Positions 29,820 through 40,107 of a stretch of DNA of 64,000 bases are shown in pieces. How positions within the stretch are numbered: the stretch's first letter is position 1; every line of letters begins with the position of its first letter. Source of the DNA: a virus (Duplodnaviria > Caudoviricetes); IMG/VR virus record IMGVR_UViG_3300030330_005091, positions 32,001 through 96,000 of that record. One strand, given 5' to 3'. The notes beneath the pieces were generated by a model. The model saw nothing but the letters and a program-made list of their open reading frames with translations. It was not told the origin of the DNA and did no database searches. Both the position numbers and the translations under genes were made by a program.

Positions 29820-31816
29820 CTTAATATGCCTCTTTCTTTAATTAGTCTTAAGACTTCATTAGCGATAGCTAAATCCTCATCTTTCATAACAATTGGTTTT
29901 CTTTTTTTCTTTGCAGTTTTTTTCTTGGTCTCACCCGACCCAGATCCCAAAGGGACAGATATAGAGCCCCCTTGGACGCTGCCAACACTACCGCCAACGC
30001 CGCCGGCTGTAGCAATTTCATCAACTTTGCCTTCAAGTCCGAGAATTTTTAAAACATTATCGACGTTTTCCTCACCGACAAATTCAGCAATTTCATCACG
30101 ATTGTTTGGATTGCCCAATGCGTTTCTAAAATCCGTAGCACTAAATGGAATATCGTCTTTTCGTTGCATAGGTGTAACAGCAGTTCCTTTAGGTGTCAAT
30201 AATTCTACCCCATCTTTAATATATTTTTCTGCGCCTGTCCATCGCTTCCAATCGCAATCTTTTGCACTACAACCTAATATAACTTTGTCGCCTGTCTTTA
30301 GCGGACCTTCTTCACCAACATATTCATATGCAGCGTTTATAGGTGAGGCATGTGTAGATATTGATATATCAACGTTTGGCAAATCAATAGCTAATAATTT
30401 CCATATTTTAAGAGAATCTTCAGCTGTTATTTCTCTTCCGTTTGGAAGTTTACGTCCTGCTTTAGTTGGTCTAGATATCAAAACCATGACTTCATCAGCG
30501 ATTGCTGCATATTTTCGAACCATGTCTAGGTGTCCGTTGTGAGGTGGTTTAAATGCCCCTGGAACAACAGCGACTGTTTTTGAAAAATCTGAATCTACAA
30601 CTGGATCATCGTCTTCGTCTTCGATTTCAGTTTCATTAACTTGACCAGTAAATTTATCACCTTTATCTATAGCAAAATTTGCTCGACTAAATTCTAATCG
30701 ATCTACAAATTTGACCCCGTTACCAGCATGGTCTACAGCAACGTAGCCTTCTGGGTTTGTAACTACCAAATCTCCCGAGCCGTCATCAACAAAGTGCTTT
30801 GTATTGTAAACAGCGTTGTTATACTTCTGAATAAAAATGTTTTTTGCTTCAAACAAGAGCCGGCTGACTTTAAAGAGATTAACAATGTCTGATTTTTTGT
30901 TACTCATAAGCTGCATTACTTGTCTTGCATTTTCAGTAGCTCTAGTTTTACCTTTTTGACTTTTTAGGTTGTCAATTTTTTTCTGTATTCTGCTTGAATA
31001 CCAATCTAAAAATCCTTGAAAAGATTCTTCAGGATTATCTAAAAATTTGCCAGACTTTATTTCGCTATTGATATAGATGTTTAATAAGTCGGATGGCAAG
31101 TCATCATAATTAATATCGCTATTTATTGCATCAGATTGATTTACTAACTCTCGGACTCTTTCTTCTTCGTCATCTGTAAGCGTCACAGTGCCTGTATCAT
31201 CGGTAAAAAAAGCATCATCATACCAAACGCCTGGAACACTTTTTAGGCCGCTTATATCGGCACCAAAGCTTGCTCCCCCGTCTAAACTATCATACGTTGT
31301 ATGAAATACAATTCCAAATTTAGATTTACCAATTTCTTGACCAAGTTGTGAGTTTACTGGAACTGCATAAACTATTGTATTAGGTTTAAATCTATAGTGA
31401 GGCTCGCCATCAATTTCTACAGTTTCAAGCATTTCATCGTCAAACATAAAATCGCCCTGCAATATCTTATCGATACCAAGAGATGGTAAATATTTTAAAC
31501 CTTTAGTTAATTTGTCGACTAAGCCTGGAGCATGGCCGTGGTTCTTGATTATATCTTCTTCTGTATAATTTATCTTTGGAATTTTGTTAAATATTGATTT
31601 GGTGCCAACAAAAAACTTTCCGTTTTCTGGGTTAACACCAGCAAACATAGCGGGCGCTCCATCCCACTTTACTGAAGTTTGCACTCGGGAATTTGTATTG
31701 CCTTTTAAGGTTTCTAACAATTCTAATAAAAACGCCTTTGCCATATCATAACCAGCAGGCCCTTGAGTCAATACCAGTTCTTCAAGGTGTGTAAGGTGTG
31801 TATTAGCTTTGGCCAT
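29816..31816 (-). CDS. conserved T4-like-phage NTHLxHLE-domain protein fused to HxGH nucleotidyltransferase
   Basis: NTHLTHLEE, VKWDGAPA, GTKS, LQGD, PEGYV, KFVDRLEFS; C-terminal PGAFKPPHNGH and FSATDFR. Confidence 0.75.
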   Translation of the reverse strand: MAKANTHLTHLEELVLTQGPAGYDMAKAFLLELLETLKGNTNSRVQTSVKWDGAPAMFAGVNPENGKFFVGTKSIFNKIPKINYTEEDIIKNHGHAPGLVDKLTKGLKYLPSLGIDKILQGDFMFDDEMLETVEIDGEPHYRFKPNTIVYAVPVNSQLGQEIGKSKFGIVFHTTYDSLDGGASFGADISGLKSVPGVWYDDAFFTDDTGTVTLTDDEEERVRELVNQSDAINSDINYDDLPSDLLNIYINSEIKSGKFLDNPEESFQGFLDWYSSRIQKKIDNLKSQKGKTRATENARQVMQLMSNKKSDIVNLFKVSRLLFEAKNIFIQKYNNAVYNTKHFVDDGSGDLVVTNPEGYVAVDHAGNGVKFVDRLEFSRANFAIDKGDKFTGQVNETEIEDEDDDPVVDSDFSKTVAVVPGAFKPPHNGHLDMVRKYAAIADEVMVLISRPTKAGRKLPNGREITAEDSLKIWKLLAIDLPNVDISISTHASPINAAYEYVGEEGPLKTGDKVILGCSAKDCDWKRWTGAEKYIKDGVELLTPKGTAVTPMQRKDDIPFSATDFRNALGNPNNRDEIAEFVGEENVDNVLKILGLEGKVDEIATAGGVGGSVGSVQGGSISVPLGSGSGETKKKTAKKKRKPIVMKDEDLAIANEVLRLIKERGILR

Positions 31817-32070
31817 TATTCATCGCCCTTGTTTTCTTCTAACAATTGCAACTTTTCGTGAAGGTCCATGTTTTCATTCATAATTCTGCGCGCATACTTT
31901 CGCACTTCGCGAATGTGTTGCTTTGCAAGCTGGAGTCTTCTTTTTTCCGAGACTGTTCGAGGTTTGAGATTGGAAATTATTTCTTGGAGACCTTGGATAT
32001 AGGTAAAGATTGACCTCTCATCCAGTTCTTCGTTTAATAAAAAATCTCTCCATTGTGAATCTAGTGACAT
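31816..32070 (-). CDS. small coiled-coil protein
   Basis: WRDFLLNE leader. Confidence 0.65.
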   Translation of the reverse strand: MSLDSQWRDFLLNEELDERSIFTYIQGLQEIISNLKPRTVSEKRRLQLAKQHIREVRKYARRIMNENMDLHEKLQLLEENKGDE

Positions 32071-32168
32071 ACTTGTTCCTTCCGTTATTGTTGTTAATAA
32101 CAGGCTCTTTATAAATCTGTTCCTAAGCTTTTTAAGCTCAACTTTTATATTCCCCTGTCATATTATTA

Positions 32169-33302
32169 TTATCCTTTGCGTTTTTGCAGTGCCTCTTGTA
32201 AAGCTTTCTTTACGAGTGCTTCAATTTGTTCCTTGGTTGGCTTTTTATCTTTTTTCATAGATTTTTCGATAGCCTTACCGCGCTTTTTCTCATAAGAAGA
32301 AAGTTTTCCATCATCATCTAAATCAGCTTTGTCAGGATTTTCTAATTCTTCCTCAAGTTCTTCTTCTTCACGAAGTCTGTCAGGGTCTTGACGTCGAACC
32401 CTGGGATCACCTTTGCGTTGTGCTGCGCCGCCTTCCTCAAGTTCTTCCTCTTCTTCAAGAGTTTTTCCAGGGGTTCTCGCCTTCTTAGCCTTGCGTTCTT
32501 TTTCTGCTTTCTCGGCGGCGGCTTGCTGTTGGGAAGGTGTGAGTGAATCCCTGTAATCTCCACCGGGACCATAATCAGAGGAAATTTCTTCAAGAGTCTC
32601 ATCATCGTTTTCTGCGGCTTCATTTTTTTTCTTTTCGTCATCGCGCTTGCCAGCACAGTGTGCTTCATCAAGCTCTTCTTCCTCGTTAATTTCTTCTTCA
32701 ACGGACTCTTCAACTGGCTCTTCGGTGTTTTCATCAACAGTTTCAGCAGTTGCTTCAACCTCTTCTTCTTGAACTTCACCGTTACCGTTGAACTCGTTAA
32801 ACTCTTCGAGAGTGTTAAATTTAAAACCCCAAGCTTCCGAAAGAAGCTGAGTTAATTCTTTGTTTTTCCAATCTTTTGTAGACATCTTGTTATCTCCTTT
32901 TTGTAGATGTTCGTAATAAATAGTACCTTTGCAACTGTCTTCCCAGTCTCTAAAAACTATTGACGCTTGATAAGCTTGAATTTCCATTGTTCTCAGATGA
33001 GAATCCTTCTGTGCATATCCTTGTTCTCCGAGATCCGACGTGTTGTCAAATTGACCTTTACAGTTTTGTGTATGATGCATCAATTCATGAGATAAAGACC
33101 TCATAATATCTTTAGGATGACGCTTCCCAATATAAATGGTAATTGATTCATTTTGTGGATCGTAAAATCCAGTTTTTCCCATAGGGTTGTTAGCTTCATT
33201 GTTGTCGTTCTTTAAAAACAACCGTGGAACCCTATCAAAACCCATTTGCTTTTGTGCAAACGGCATAAACTGTTTAATAAGTGATTTTAAAATATCAACC
33301 AT
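32169..33302 (-). CDS. HExxH metallopeptidase-like domain plus acidic low-complexity C-terminal region
   Basis: SHELMHH..E; repeated EELEE; DLDDDGKLS EF-hand-like loop. Confidence 0.7.
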   Translation of the reverse strand: MVDILKSLIKQFMPFAQKQMGFDRVPRLFLKNDNNEANNPMGKTGFYDPQNESITIYIGKRHPKDIMRSLSHELMHHTQNCKGQFDNTSDLGEQGYAQKDSHLRTMEIQAYQASIVFRDWEDSCKGTIYYEHLQKGDNKMSTKDWKNKELTQLLSEAWGFKFNTLEEFNEFNGNGEVQEEEVEATAETVDENTEEPVEESVEEEINEEEELDEAHCAGKRDDEKKKNEAAENDDETLEEISSDYGPGGDYRDSLTPSQQQAAAEKAEKERKAKKARTPGKTLEEEEELEEGGAAQRKGDPRVRRQDPDRLREEEELEEELENPDKADLDDDGKLSSYEKKRGKAIEKSMKKDKKPTKEQIEALVKKALQEALQKRKG

Positions 33303-33633
33303 CTAAGAAAACTTCCTTTTGTTTATCAGAATACCAAATATACTCTAAATAGTTACCAAATGGGTCTTTTACATAAACTCCTATTGTTCCATCCCTATGT
33401 TCGACAACAGTTCCTTTTTCAGTTGGTAGATCTTCTTTGTTTTCAACTAAAATTCCAATATGAGCCCATGGGTAATGTTCCTTATCGATAAGCGCTATAT
33501 TTGTGTTTTTTACAGTCAATCTAATATACTTCTCATCTCTAAATGTAACTTTTGCATTTAAATGTGAAATATACCATTCTTCTGCTTCTTCTAAATTATC
33601 TACTAATAATGCAATGTGATCAACTATTGACAT
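33295..33633 (-). CDS. VOC/glyoxalase family protein
   Basis: DHIALLVDNLEEA, HIG, YVKDPFGNYLE. Confidence 0.85.
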   Translation of the reverse strand: MSIVDHIALLVDNLEEAEEWYISHLNAKVTFRDEKYIRLTVKNTNIALIDKEHYPWAHIGILVENKEDLPTEKGTVVEHRDGTIGVYVKDPFGNYLEYIWYSDKQKEVFLDG

Positions 33634-33892
33634 TTTCTATTTTTACTCCTGTTTTAGATACTAATCTTAAGCTTAGTGAAAAGTGTTCTATTTCTTTTTT
33701 TGGCCCTTGTAGTGGAACGACTGTGGTTATTGAAACAAGCCTGTTTTGTCTTATTTCATTTCTTGTAGAAGTTATAATGCCATAATTGTGGTTCCAATCT
33801 TGTTGAACATCATCCCAAGTTGACCATTCTACAATATCGCCAATAGAAAATTTTTTTGATACAAGACTTCCAAAGCTTTTATCAGTGCTCAT
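33620..33892 (-). CDS. small SH3/KOW-like protein
   Basis: FSIGDIVEW..YGII..LRLVS. Confidence 0.6.
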   Translation of the reverse strand: MSTDKSFGSLVSKKFSIGDIVEWSTWDDVQQDWNHNYGIITSTRNEIRQNRLVSITTVVPLQGPKKEIEHFSLSLRLVSKTGVKIENVNS

Positions 33893-34073
33893 TGTAGGTA
33901 ACCATCCAAGAACACACTCCTTCTAACAATAATTTTTTCATTGTATATTGTGCTTCATCAATGTTAAAAAAAGGACCTTCAGAAGCTACAGTGGCATTTT
34001 CTTTTTTAAAAACTAGAAACACTATTTTGTCACCATATTCTTCAGATATATACTTTCTATTTTTGCCGCCCAT
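33882..34073 (-). CDS. small hypothetical protein
   Basis: ATG 4 nt after late-type motif. Confidence 0.55.
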   Translation of the reverse strand: MGGKNRKYISEEYGDKIVFLVFKKENATVASEGPFFNIDEAQYTMKKLLLEGVCSWMVTYNEH

Positions 34074-34232
34074 GCCATAAATAGCACAATTGTTACTATT
34101 TCAAACTATTATTAATACATATAAGTGCCAGCAGAGAAACTACGGTAATTTCAAAACCAAAAACAAGGTAAGCGCACCAACTGGCTGATATAAAAACAAC
34201 ACGCTTCCAAAAATTGTTATACTCAAATAACA

Positions 34233-34553
34233 TTAGTCAAATCCAATTAACTCAATTTGTTCGTCTTCTATCAAGAGTATATCACCATTTATTGAATATA
34301 TTAAAGTTTTACCATCAGAACTGTAATTTTCTTCTACAACATACACTGTTATCCCTCTTTCGACTTTTACAAAAGTTCTGTTATCAGTCAGTAAACAATA
34401 CATAGGCCCATTTCCTTTGATAACATATGCTGGAATAAGTTCTTGAACAAAATCTTCAGTTTTGCCTGAAGTTTGTTCAACAATGCGTTTTAACCTTTCT
34501 GTAATGTGTTTTGGAATACTGCCCATATTGTAACTAGGGGCCGTATTCTCCAA
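34233..34553 (-). CDS. hypothetical protein
   Basis: 106-aa ORF. Confidence 0.55.
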   Translation of the reverse strand: MENTAPSYNMGSIPKHITERLKRIVEQTSGKTEDFVQELIPAYVIKGNGPMYCLLTDNRTFVKVERGITVYVVEENYSSDGKTLIYSINGDILLIEDEQIELIGFD

Positions 34554-34619
34554 TAATTAAAGCGTTTTTTATCCGATGGATAAAACACGTATTTTATATA
34601 TTAATGGAAGTAAAACTTA

Positions 34620-34943
34620 TTAAATAATATCCATAGCCCAGGCTATAGCAAAGCCCATTAAAGACTGAACAACCATAAACATAGTCACAGCTTTTGTCCT
34701 AAAAGTTTTAAGTTCTTCGATATCACTTATAGCCTCTCTTAATTGTGGAGGTGATGCAACATCGTCCATTTTCTCTTTCCATACTTTTAAATCTTGAACT
34801 CTATCTTCTTTTGCTTTAAGTTCTGTAAGTTGATTTTTTACATCTTGTAATTCTGTGCGCAATCCTTCAATGCCGGATGCCATTGTTTCAAGTTGTTGTA
34901 ATACTAATTTTGAATAGGTTTCCCATCCGTTATTATTAGACAT
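34620..34943 (-). CDS. coiled-coil protein with C-terminal TM helix
   Basis: GGAGG SD; heptads then hydrophobic tail. Confidence 0.65.
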   Translation of the reverse strand: MSNNNGWETYSKLVLQQLETMASGIEGLRTELQDVKNQLTELKAKEDRVQDLKVWKEKMDDVASPPQLREAISDIEELKTFRTKAVTMFMVVQSLMGFAIAWAMDII

Positions 34944-34992
34944 GTTGTAGTCCTCCATGTGTAATTAGTTAGTGAAAATTAAGAATTTTATA

Positions 34993-35580
34993 TTAATTTT
35001 CATCGACCACATTTTCGGCAATATCTTCGGCATACTTTACTTTTCTTGCTCTAATTTTTACTTTTGGATATTGACTAGACAAGGCTTCTACAGCATCAAC
35101 ATTCTTACCAGAGTCATCAAAAAATAAAACATCGGTTGCTCCGTTTTCAATTCTATTAGCGACCCAATCAGCTTTAGCTTGGGGGTCAGATGTAGCTAAC
35201 AATTCAAATGTAATCTTGGAGGTGTCTAAACCTATACTCTCAAGATAATCTCTAATTGCTCCTTCAGCAGCAGGGTCTCTTGCAGTCAATATCGCAATTT
35301 CTCGACCCTCAATGCCTGCATTTAAAGCATTGCGGATTATATTGGTAATTTGTTTGATTTCTCTCGGGTTTATAACTTCATCAAATTCAGAAAAATCATA
35401 TACGTAATTTGGATTAATTTTGTGAGTTGCGTATTCTCCAGGTGTCATTTCTATTTTCTCACCTGTATCTAACGTAATGTGAATATTTGAATCTGACTTT
35501 GCAATTGTATCATCAAAATCAAAAACGCGAAGTTTTGATTCGTTTAAATATTCTCGCCAATTTTCAAGTAGGAGTTTCAT
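34993..35580 (-). CDS. HAD-family phosphatase with MKLLLENWREYLNE leader
   Basis: VFDFDDT, ILTAR, FFDDS..N. Confidence 0.8.
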   Translation of the reverse strand: MKLLLENWREYLNESKLRVFDFDDTIAKSDSNIHITLDTGEKIEMTPGEYATHKINPNYVYDFSEFDEVINPREIKQITNIIRNALNAGIEGREIAILTARDPAAEGAIRDYLESIGLDTSKITFELLATSDPQAKADWVANRIENGATDVLFFDDSGKNVDAVEALSSQYPKVKIRARKVKYAEDIAENVVDEN

Positions 35581-36043
35581 CGTCTTTTCCAATATTTGAG
35601 CGTTCTTGCCAGTCTGCAGAAACAGAATCCTCTTCTATTGGCCCGCCTTTTGCCCATGTTCGACAAGCTCTAGCAGAGTGACATTTAAAGTGATGCATCC
35701 AACAATACCCTAATATGCCATCTTCGTCAGATGTTTCACCAGGCATACATTCTAACATCCTTGGTGAAATGTCAAATGCCACACAATTACCGCAAACAGA
35801 TTTTTTTGCAGCTTCTTCGGTTGTGTTCCAATACTCCGCAATATTTTTCCAATAATCGGCCGGCTCTGTAACATTTAATGGTCCGTATTGAATATGTTCA
35901 GCATGGATCGCTGAGTCTCTGTTTTTGGTGTTTAGTTTCAAATCTTGAGTGGCTGGTGGGCATATTAGTCCCTTTGTTTTTTTAATAAGTATTTTTATAT
36001 CTTCATTTAAATACTTTCGCCAATTTTCAAGTAAAAGTTTCAT
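35564..36043 (-). CDS. Cys-rich (HiPIP-like pattern) protein with MKLLLENWRKYLNE leader
   Basis: CGNCVAF...GYC...ACRTW. Confidence 0.6.
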   Translation of the reverse strand: MKLLLENWRKYLNEDIKILIKKTKGLICPPATQDLKLNTKNRDSAIHAEHIQYGPLNVTEPADYWKNIAEYWNTTEEAAKKSVCGNCVAFDISPRMLECMPGETSDEDGILGYCWMHHFKCHSARACRTWAKGGPIEEDSVSADWQERSNIGKDDETPT

Positions 36044-36279
36044 TTTATTTCTTCTACAGTTTTTTCCATGTGGTCATCAAAATCAGTTCTAATCCATACC
36101 ATTGAATTAAATTGTGCTCTTTTTCTTTCTAAAACCAAAGAGCCTTGAGGTTTTACAAGTGTTCCATCAACTTCGACACCTTCAAAATCGATTTCTGTTT
36201 TTTGTTTGTAAATAACTTTTGGTTCTTCTTCGGGTTCGTTTGCAAGAGCAATACCCAAGATTAAAAATAATAAATGCAT
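36040..36279 (-). CDS. cglF: CglF/GltF-like adventurous gliding motility protein
   Basis: Signal peptide then YKQKTEIDFEGVEVDGTLVKPQG...RKRAQFNSMVWIRTDF, matching my recollection of the myxobacterial CglF pattern (not searched). Confidence 0.65.
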   Translation of the reverse strand: MHLLFLILGIALANEPEEEPKVIYKQKTEIDFEGVEVDGTLVKPQGSLVLERKRAQFNSMVWIRTDFDDHMEKTVEEIK

Positions 36280-36307
36280 ATCTTAAATAGTAACAATCTC
36301 TGTAAGA

Positions 36308-36898
36308 TTACAATAAACTATCAATTACAGAGCGAACATAAGCTTCATCAAAACCAACAGCACCGCTATAAATTTTTAATTCTTTGTCAATAAACACATA
36401 TGTTGGAAATCCACCAACAAGATACCCAGTTTCCCCCGTTTGATCCATAACACTTCTGTCGGCATACAAAACGGGCGCTGTAGTGATCCCATGACTACTA
36501 ACCCATTCTAAAATTTCTGTCTCTGTGGGTGGTTCTCCTGTGGCACCATCAACCAAAACAGTTACAAACTGTAATTTGTTACCATAGTCGTTTTGAATGC
36601 CCTGAGTATATTGACCTGCCCACTGACATGGACCACACCAGACAGTTGAAAAATCAAGAACTATAACTTTACCTTCTTGTTTATATAATTGCCATACGTT
36701 CATGTTTTGATCGTAAAAAATCATATTACAAACAGATGAACCAATTGTTTTTTGATCACAGTCGGGTGTATCAATAATTCCAAATTCCGTTGGGACCTCT
36801 TCTGCAGTCGCTGGACCCGAATCTAATGGTTGTGTTTCTAATTTTGCTGGATTGCAAGAATTAAGCATTATTAAAGATGCTAATAATATATTTTTCAT
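36308..36898 (-). CDS. TlpA/redoxin-family lipoprotein
   Basis: LNS-C lipobox; GKVIVLDFSTVWCGPC; GFPT. Confidence 0.85.
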   Translation of the reverse strand: MKNILLASLIMLNSCNPAKLETQPLDSGPATAEEVPTEFGIIDTPDCDQKTIGSSVCNMIFYDQNMNVWQLYKQEGKVIVLDFSTVWCGPCQWAGQYTQGIQNDYGNKLQFVTVLVDGATGEPPTETEILEWVSSHGITTAPVLYADRSVMDQTGETGYLVGGFPTYVFIDKELKIYSGAVGFDEAYVRSVIDSLL

Positions 36899-36913
36899 AT
36901 TTGTTTTCCTATT

Positions 36914-38029
36914 TTATTGGTGAGGTAATATTTTGGCGGGTGCAATGCATTCCCAATCATCACCACTGTCTCCACTGCTTGAGTCAATGTTTGCTTGGGA
37001 CCAAGTTTCCCCATCATCAGTGCTATAAAATATACGACCTCTTAAATTGCAAACCACCCAGTTCCCAATTCCATCAGTCGCAACATCACCCACTGCACCC
37101 CCTATTGAATTTGAACCCCAGGTATCTGTGGTAAGTGTCCAAGATGTACCATTAGTGGAGCGTAGCATTTTGCCTCCCGCAACAACAATGTAAACACCAT
37201 TTCCTGCTGCTGCACCTATTTCTACATTTCCAACTTCGTCAGAAGAAACACTCCAGGTGTTTAAATCTGTAGACGTTGCAGCAAACCCGCCACCACCTGC
37301 TGGAGGGCTGACTTCTGAATATGCTATCAACCACCTGCTTCGATGATAAACTACTGCTTTTATAGTTCTACCGTCATTAAAATCTTTTGCTAAAGTCCAA
37401 GTATTTCCATCATCGACAGATTTATAAAGGCGATCTCTTTGTCCAAATACCCAAGTCGATACACCATCACACGCTATAGAAATAATATCGCTTGTCGATA
37501 TATCAGTAAGACTACTAATATCAACAGCACTGAAATTAATACCGTCCGTCGAAACCTGGAGATATTTCCAGCTTTGACCGCCTTCTCCTTGCATTTTTCC
37601 GCACAAAATCCACTTTCCAGTTCTAGAATTAAAAGCACCGCCGCGCAAACCATCAGAACTCGCAGCATTAATAACAGTCCAGTCTCCACTATTGGTTGGA
37701 GGATCAGCAGTAGAAGAAGCTATGATTTCTTCTGAATTATCATCTGTACACATCAACCAGGTTCGATTGCCATCAGAATTTCTGCCATATACTACCCACC
37801 TTATTCTTTCGCCTCCATCAGTCGGACCTGAATAACTTGTCCAATTAGAATTCCAATCATTTCCTTGGGCGTATGCAATTGTTGTAGAGCGAGAACCAGC
37901 TAGCCATGCACTGGATGAAATGGGTGGTCTATTATTAGCATTAATGCTTTCTACCAAATCAATTGGAGTTCCGTTAACGAACGCTATACTACTAGCGCTA
38001 ATTTCTGAAACAGTATCAAAATCTGGCAT
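36914..38029 (-). CDS. BNR/Asp-box beta-propeller protein (putative virion)
   Basis: STDGINF, SVDDGNTW, STNGTSW, STDDGETW. Confidence 0.7.
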   Translation of the reverse strand: MPDFDTVSEISASSIAFVNGTPIDLVESINANNRPPISSSAWLAGSRSTTIAYAQGNDWNSNWTSYSGPTDGGERIRWVVYGRNSDGNRTWLMCTDDNSEEIIASSTADPPTNSGDWTVINAASSDGLRGGAFNSRTGKWILCGKMQGEGGQSWKYLQVSTDGINFSAVDISSLTDISTSDIISIACDGVSTWVFGQRDRLYKSVDDGNTWTLAKDFNDGRTIKAVVYHRSRWLIAYSEVSPPAGGGGFAATSTDLNTWSVSSDEVGNVEIGAAAGNGVYIVVAGGKMLRSTNGTSWTLTTDTWGSNSIGGAVGDVATDGIGNWVVCNLRGRIFYSTDDGETWSQANIDSSSGDSGDDWECIAPAKILPHQ

Positions 38030-40092
38030 TAGACCACCACCAAATAATCAGGACTTGGGTTAAAATATATAACATTCCCAGTCGTTGTACATGTTCCGAC
38101 AACACGAACTGATTGTCCACTACCAGAAGGTCTAATAGTAGTCAATTGTCCACTGCCTGAAAGATATACAGTGGCGCCTGTTGTGAAACCACCTACAAGT
38201 TGTGTATTGTAATCAAAAAATCCACGAATCAACATACCATCAACAGATGGTGAGGTTCCGAGCGCTGTTGCTAACATTCCTAAGCCACCAGACGCAGGAA
38301 CAGAAATATCAACTTCATCCCAATTTCCATTGCTGTGTAGGTAATAAGTTTTTCCCTGAATCGTTGTGCCGGCGCCAAATTTAACAACTTCACCGCCACC
38401 AGTATCGTTTGCTAATATTGTAGGGTTATGGTGAACATCAAGAGCAGTTTTAGGATCTAAATTAAGAATTCCAACTGCACCTGAGCCTTTTACTTCCAAA
38501 AGAGAGCCGTGGAGATCAGACTTAGCTGATATAAGCGTTTCAGTACCAGAGCCAGTGACATTTATTAATCCTCCAAAATGAGCACCGCCTACAGTAATGG
38601 CACCAGAACCAGAAACACCTAACGCAATACGACCACCACTAGCATCAGTTCCTTGCATGAGTGCTAAAATTTTATTGTTGGTGTCGGATGGTCTAATTGC
38701 TAGCATACCATCCTGTGGACCGCTACCTGCCCGATCGCCAATTGCTATAGATGGATTAGCCCCGGTAACATGAATACCAACAGAACTGGTGATTCTTTGT
38801 GCACTGACATCACCAGTTACTGATAGCACTGAGCTATCAAATGTTAGATTCGACTCACCTTGAACAGTTGAAGTATCAACAGATGTTATAATTCTAGTAG
38901 CACCTGCACTGTTGTAATTTGTAATGGGACCTGCGCTAATTCCATTCAAATTAGAACCATCGCCATAAAATGCAGATGCAGAAATATTAACACTAGCACT
39001 AATATCTCCTGTGACTGATAATGCATGATCAGGTGCAATTGTATCACTTCCTATTCTAGTGTCGGGGGTGAAAAACAACTTATTATCGTCATTATCAAAT
39101 CGAATTGCATTGGTACCACCCGATTTTCGTACTCTAAATGCGTTTACATCTTCAGGTACATTAAAGTAAACTCTGCTACCTACGCCGGCACCGCCATCAA
39201 CTGTTAATACTCCTGATACTATAAGTTCTGTTCCATCAAATGTAAGGTTAGATTCACCTTGTACGCTTGTGGTATCAACAGATGTAATAATGCGGGTGGC
39301 GCCAGTCTCGCCGTATGCTGTAATAGCAGCCGAAGGTAGCCCAGTTAATGAAGAACCGTCTCCAAAAAATTTACCATAAACTTGCGAGGCTGAAACAAAC
39401 ACAGATGCTGATAAGCTAGCTCCAAAAAACGCAGATGCAGAAACGTGTGACGAAGCAGTTAGCTCATTAGTTCTAATTAATGAAGCTGTTAATTGGTTGT
39501 CAGCATAAACTTTTCCAGTTGATTCCACTCTAAAAACTTGTGAGTCGGAATTATTTCTTACCTCAAATTTTGTGTCTCCAGCATCATCACCTAGACGAAT
39601 TCTAACAGCTTTATCCACTTCATCGTTTCTAATATACAAGTTTCCACCAGTAGCTTTAATTTGTGGATTTCCAGACGTTGTATTATTTAAGGATAATTTA
39701 CCATCCCCACCTTGTATAACTGATCCTGAAATTCCTAGAGAAGCAGAAATTTGTCCGGTGGCAGATAATTTAGAACCATCAAATGTAAGGTTAGATTCAC
39801 CCTGAACAGTGGTAGAATTAACTGAAGTGATAATTCTATTGTTGCTTGAGCTATTGTACGTGGTGATTGCCGCCGATGGAAGCCCAGTTAGCCCAGAACC
39901 ATCACCATGAAAAGAGGAAGCTGAAACCGGACCAGAGGCTGATACATGGTTGTTGTTTATCTCTAAACGATATGTTCCTCCGGTTTTTAACTTTATGCTA
40001 TCATCGTCAAAATCAATTTGAGTTTCATTCGGATCTCCCTCATATTGAATATCACCAGTATGTTGTGGACCTTTTTGATTGTTATATGCCAT
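38029..40092 (-). CDS. tail-fibre-like structural protein
   Basis: Ser/Gly-rich with SAS motifs and three internal repeats. Confidence 0.7.
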   Translation of the reverse strand: MAYNNQKGPQHTGDIQYEGDPNETQIDFDDDSIKLKTGGTYRLEINNNHVSASGPVSASSFHGDGSGLTGLPSAAITTYNSSSNNRIITSVNSTTVQGESNLTFDGSKLSATGQISASLGISGSVIQGGDGKLSLNNTTSGNPQIKATGGNLYIRNDEVDKAVRIRLGDDAGDTKFEVRNNSDSQVFRVESTGKVYADNQLTASLIRTNELTASSHVSASAFFGASLSASVFVSASQVYGKFFGDGSSLTGLPSAAITAYGETGATRIITSVDTTSVQGESNLTFDGTELIVSGVLTVDGGAGVGSRVYFNVPEDVNAFRVRKSGGTNAIRFDNDDNKLFFTPDTRIGSDTIAPDHALSVTGDISASVNISASAFYGDGSNLNGISAGPITNYNSAGATRIITSVDTSTVQGESNLTFDSSVLSVTGDVSAQRITSSVGIHVTGANPSIAIGDRAGSGPQDGMLAIRPSDTNNKILALMQGTDASGGRIALGVSGSGAITVGGAHFGGLINVTGSGTETLISAKSDLHGSLLEVKGSGAVGILNLDPKTALDVHHNPTILANDTGGGEVVKFGAGTTIQGKTYYLHSNGNWDEVDISVPASGGLGMLATALGTSPSVDGMLIRGFFDYNTQLVGGFTTGATVYLSGSGQLTTIRPSGSGQSVRVVGTCTTTGNVIYFNPSPDYLVVV
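38830..39910 (-). repeat. three ~45-codon internal repeats (GDGS.L.G.....IT.Y.....RIITSV..TTVQGESNLTFD)
   Basis: Copies at ~38830-38965, ~39230-39365, ~39776-39910. Confidence 0.85.
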
Positions 40093-40107
40093 TTATAAAA
40101 CCTCTTA

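Noticed and set aside
29811-30542. 243-aa + strand ORF and other long + ORFs (26264, 44395, 53520, 54216, 55048, 55519, 56921, 62841)
   Set aside because: Antisense shadows of well-supported minus-strand genes, with no SD or motifs
32342-32779. Lys-rich alternate-frame ORF
   Set aside because: Frameshifted reading of GAA-rich codons of the real gene
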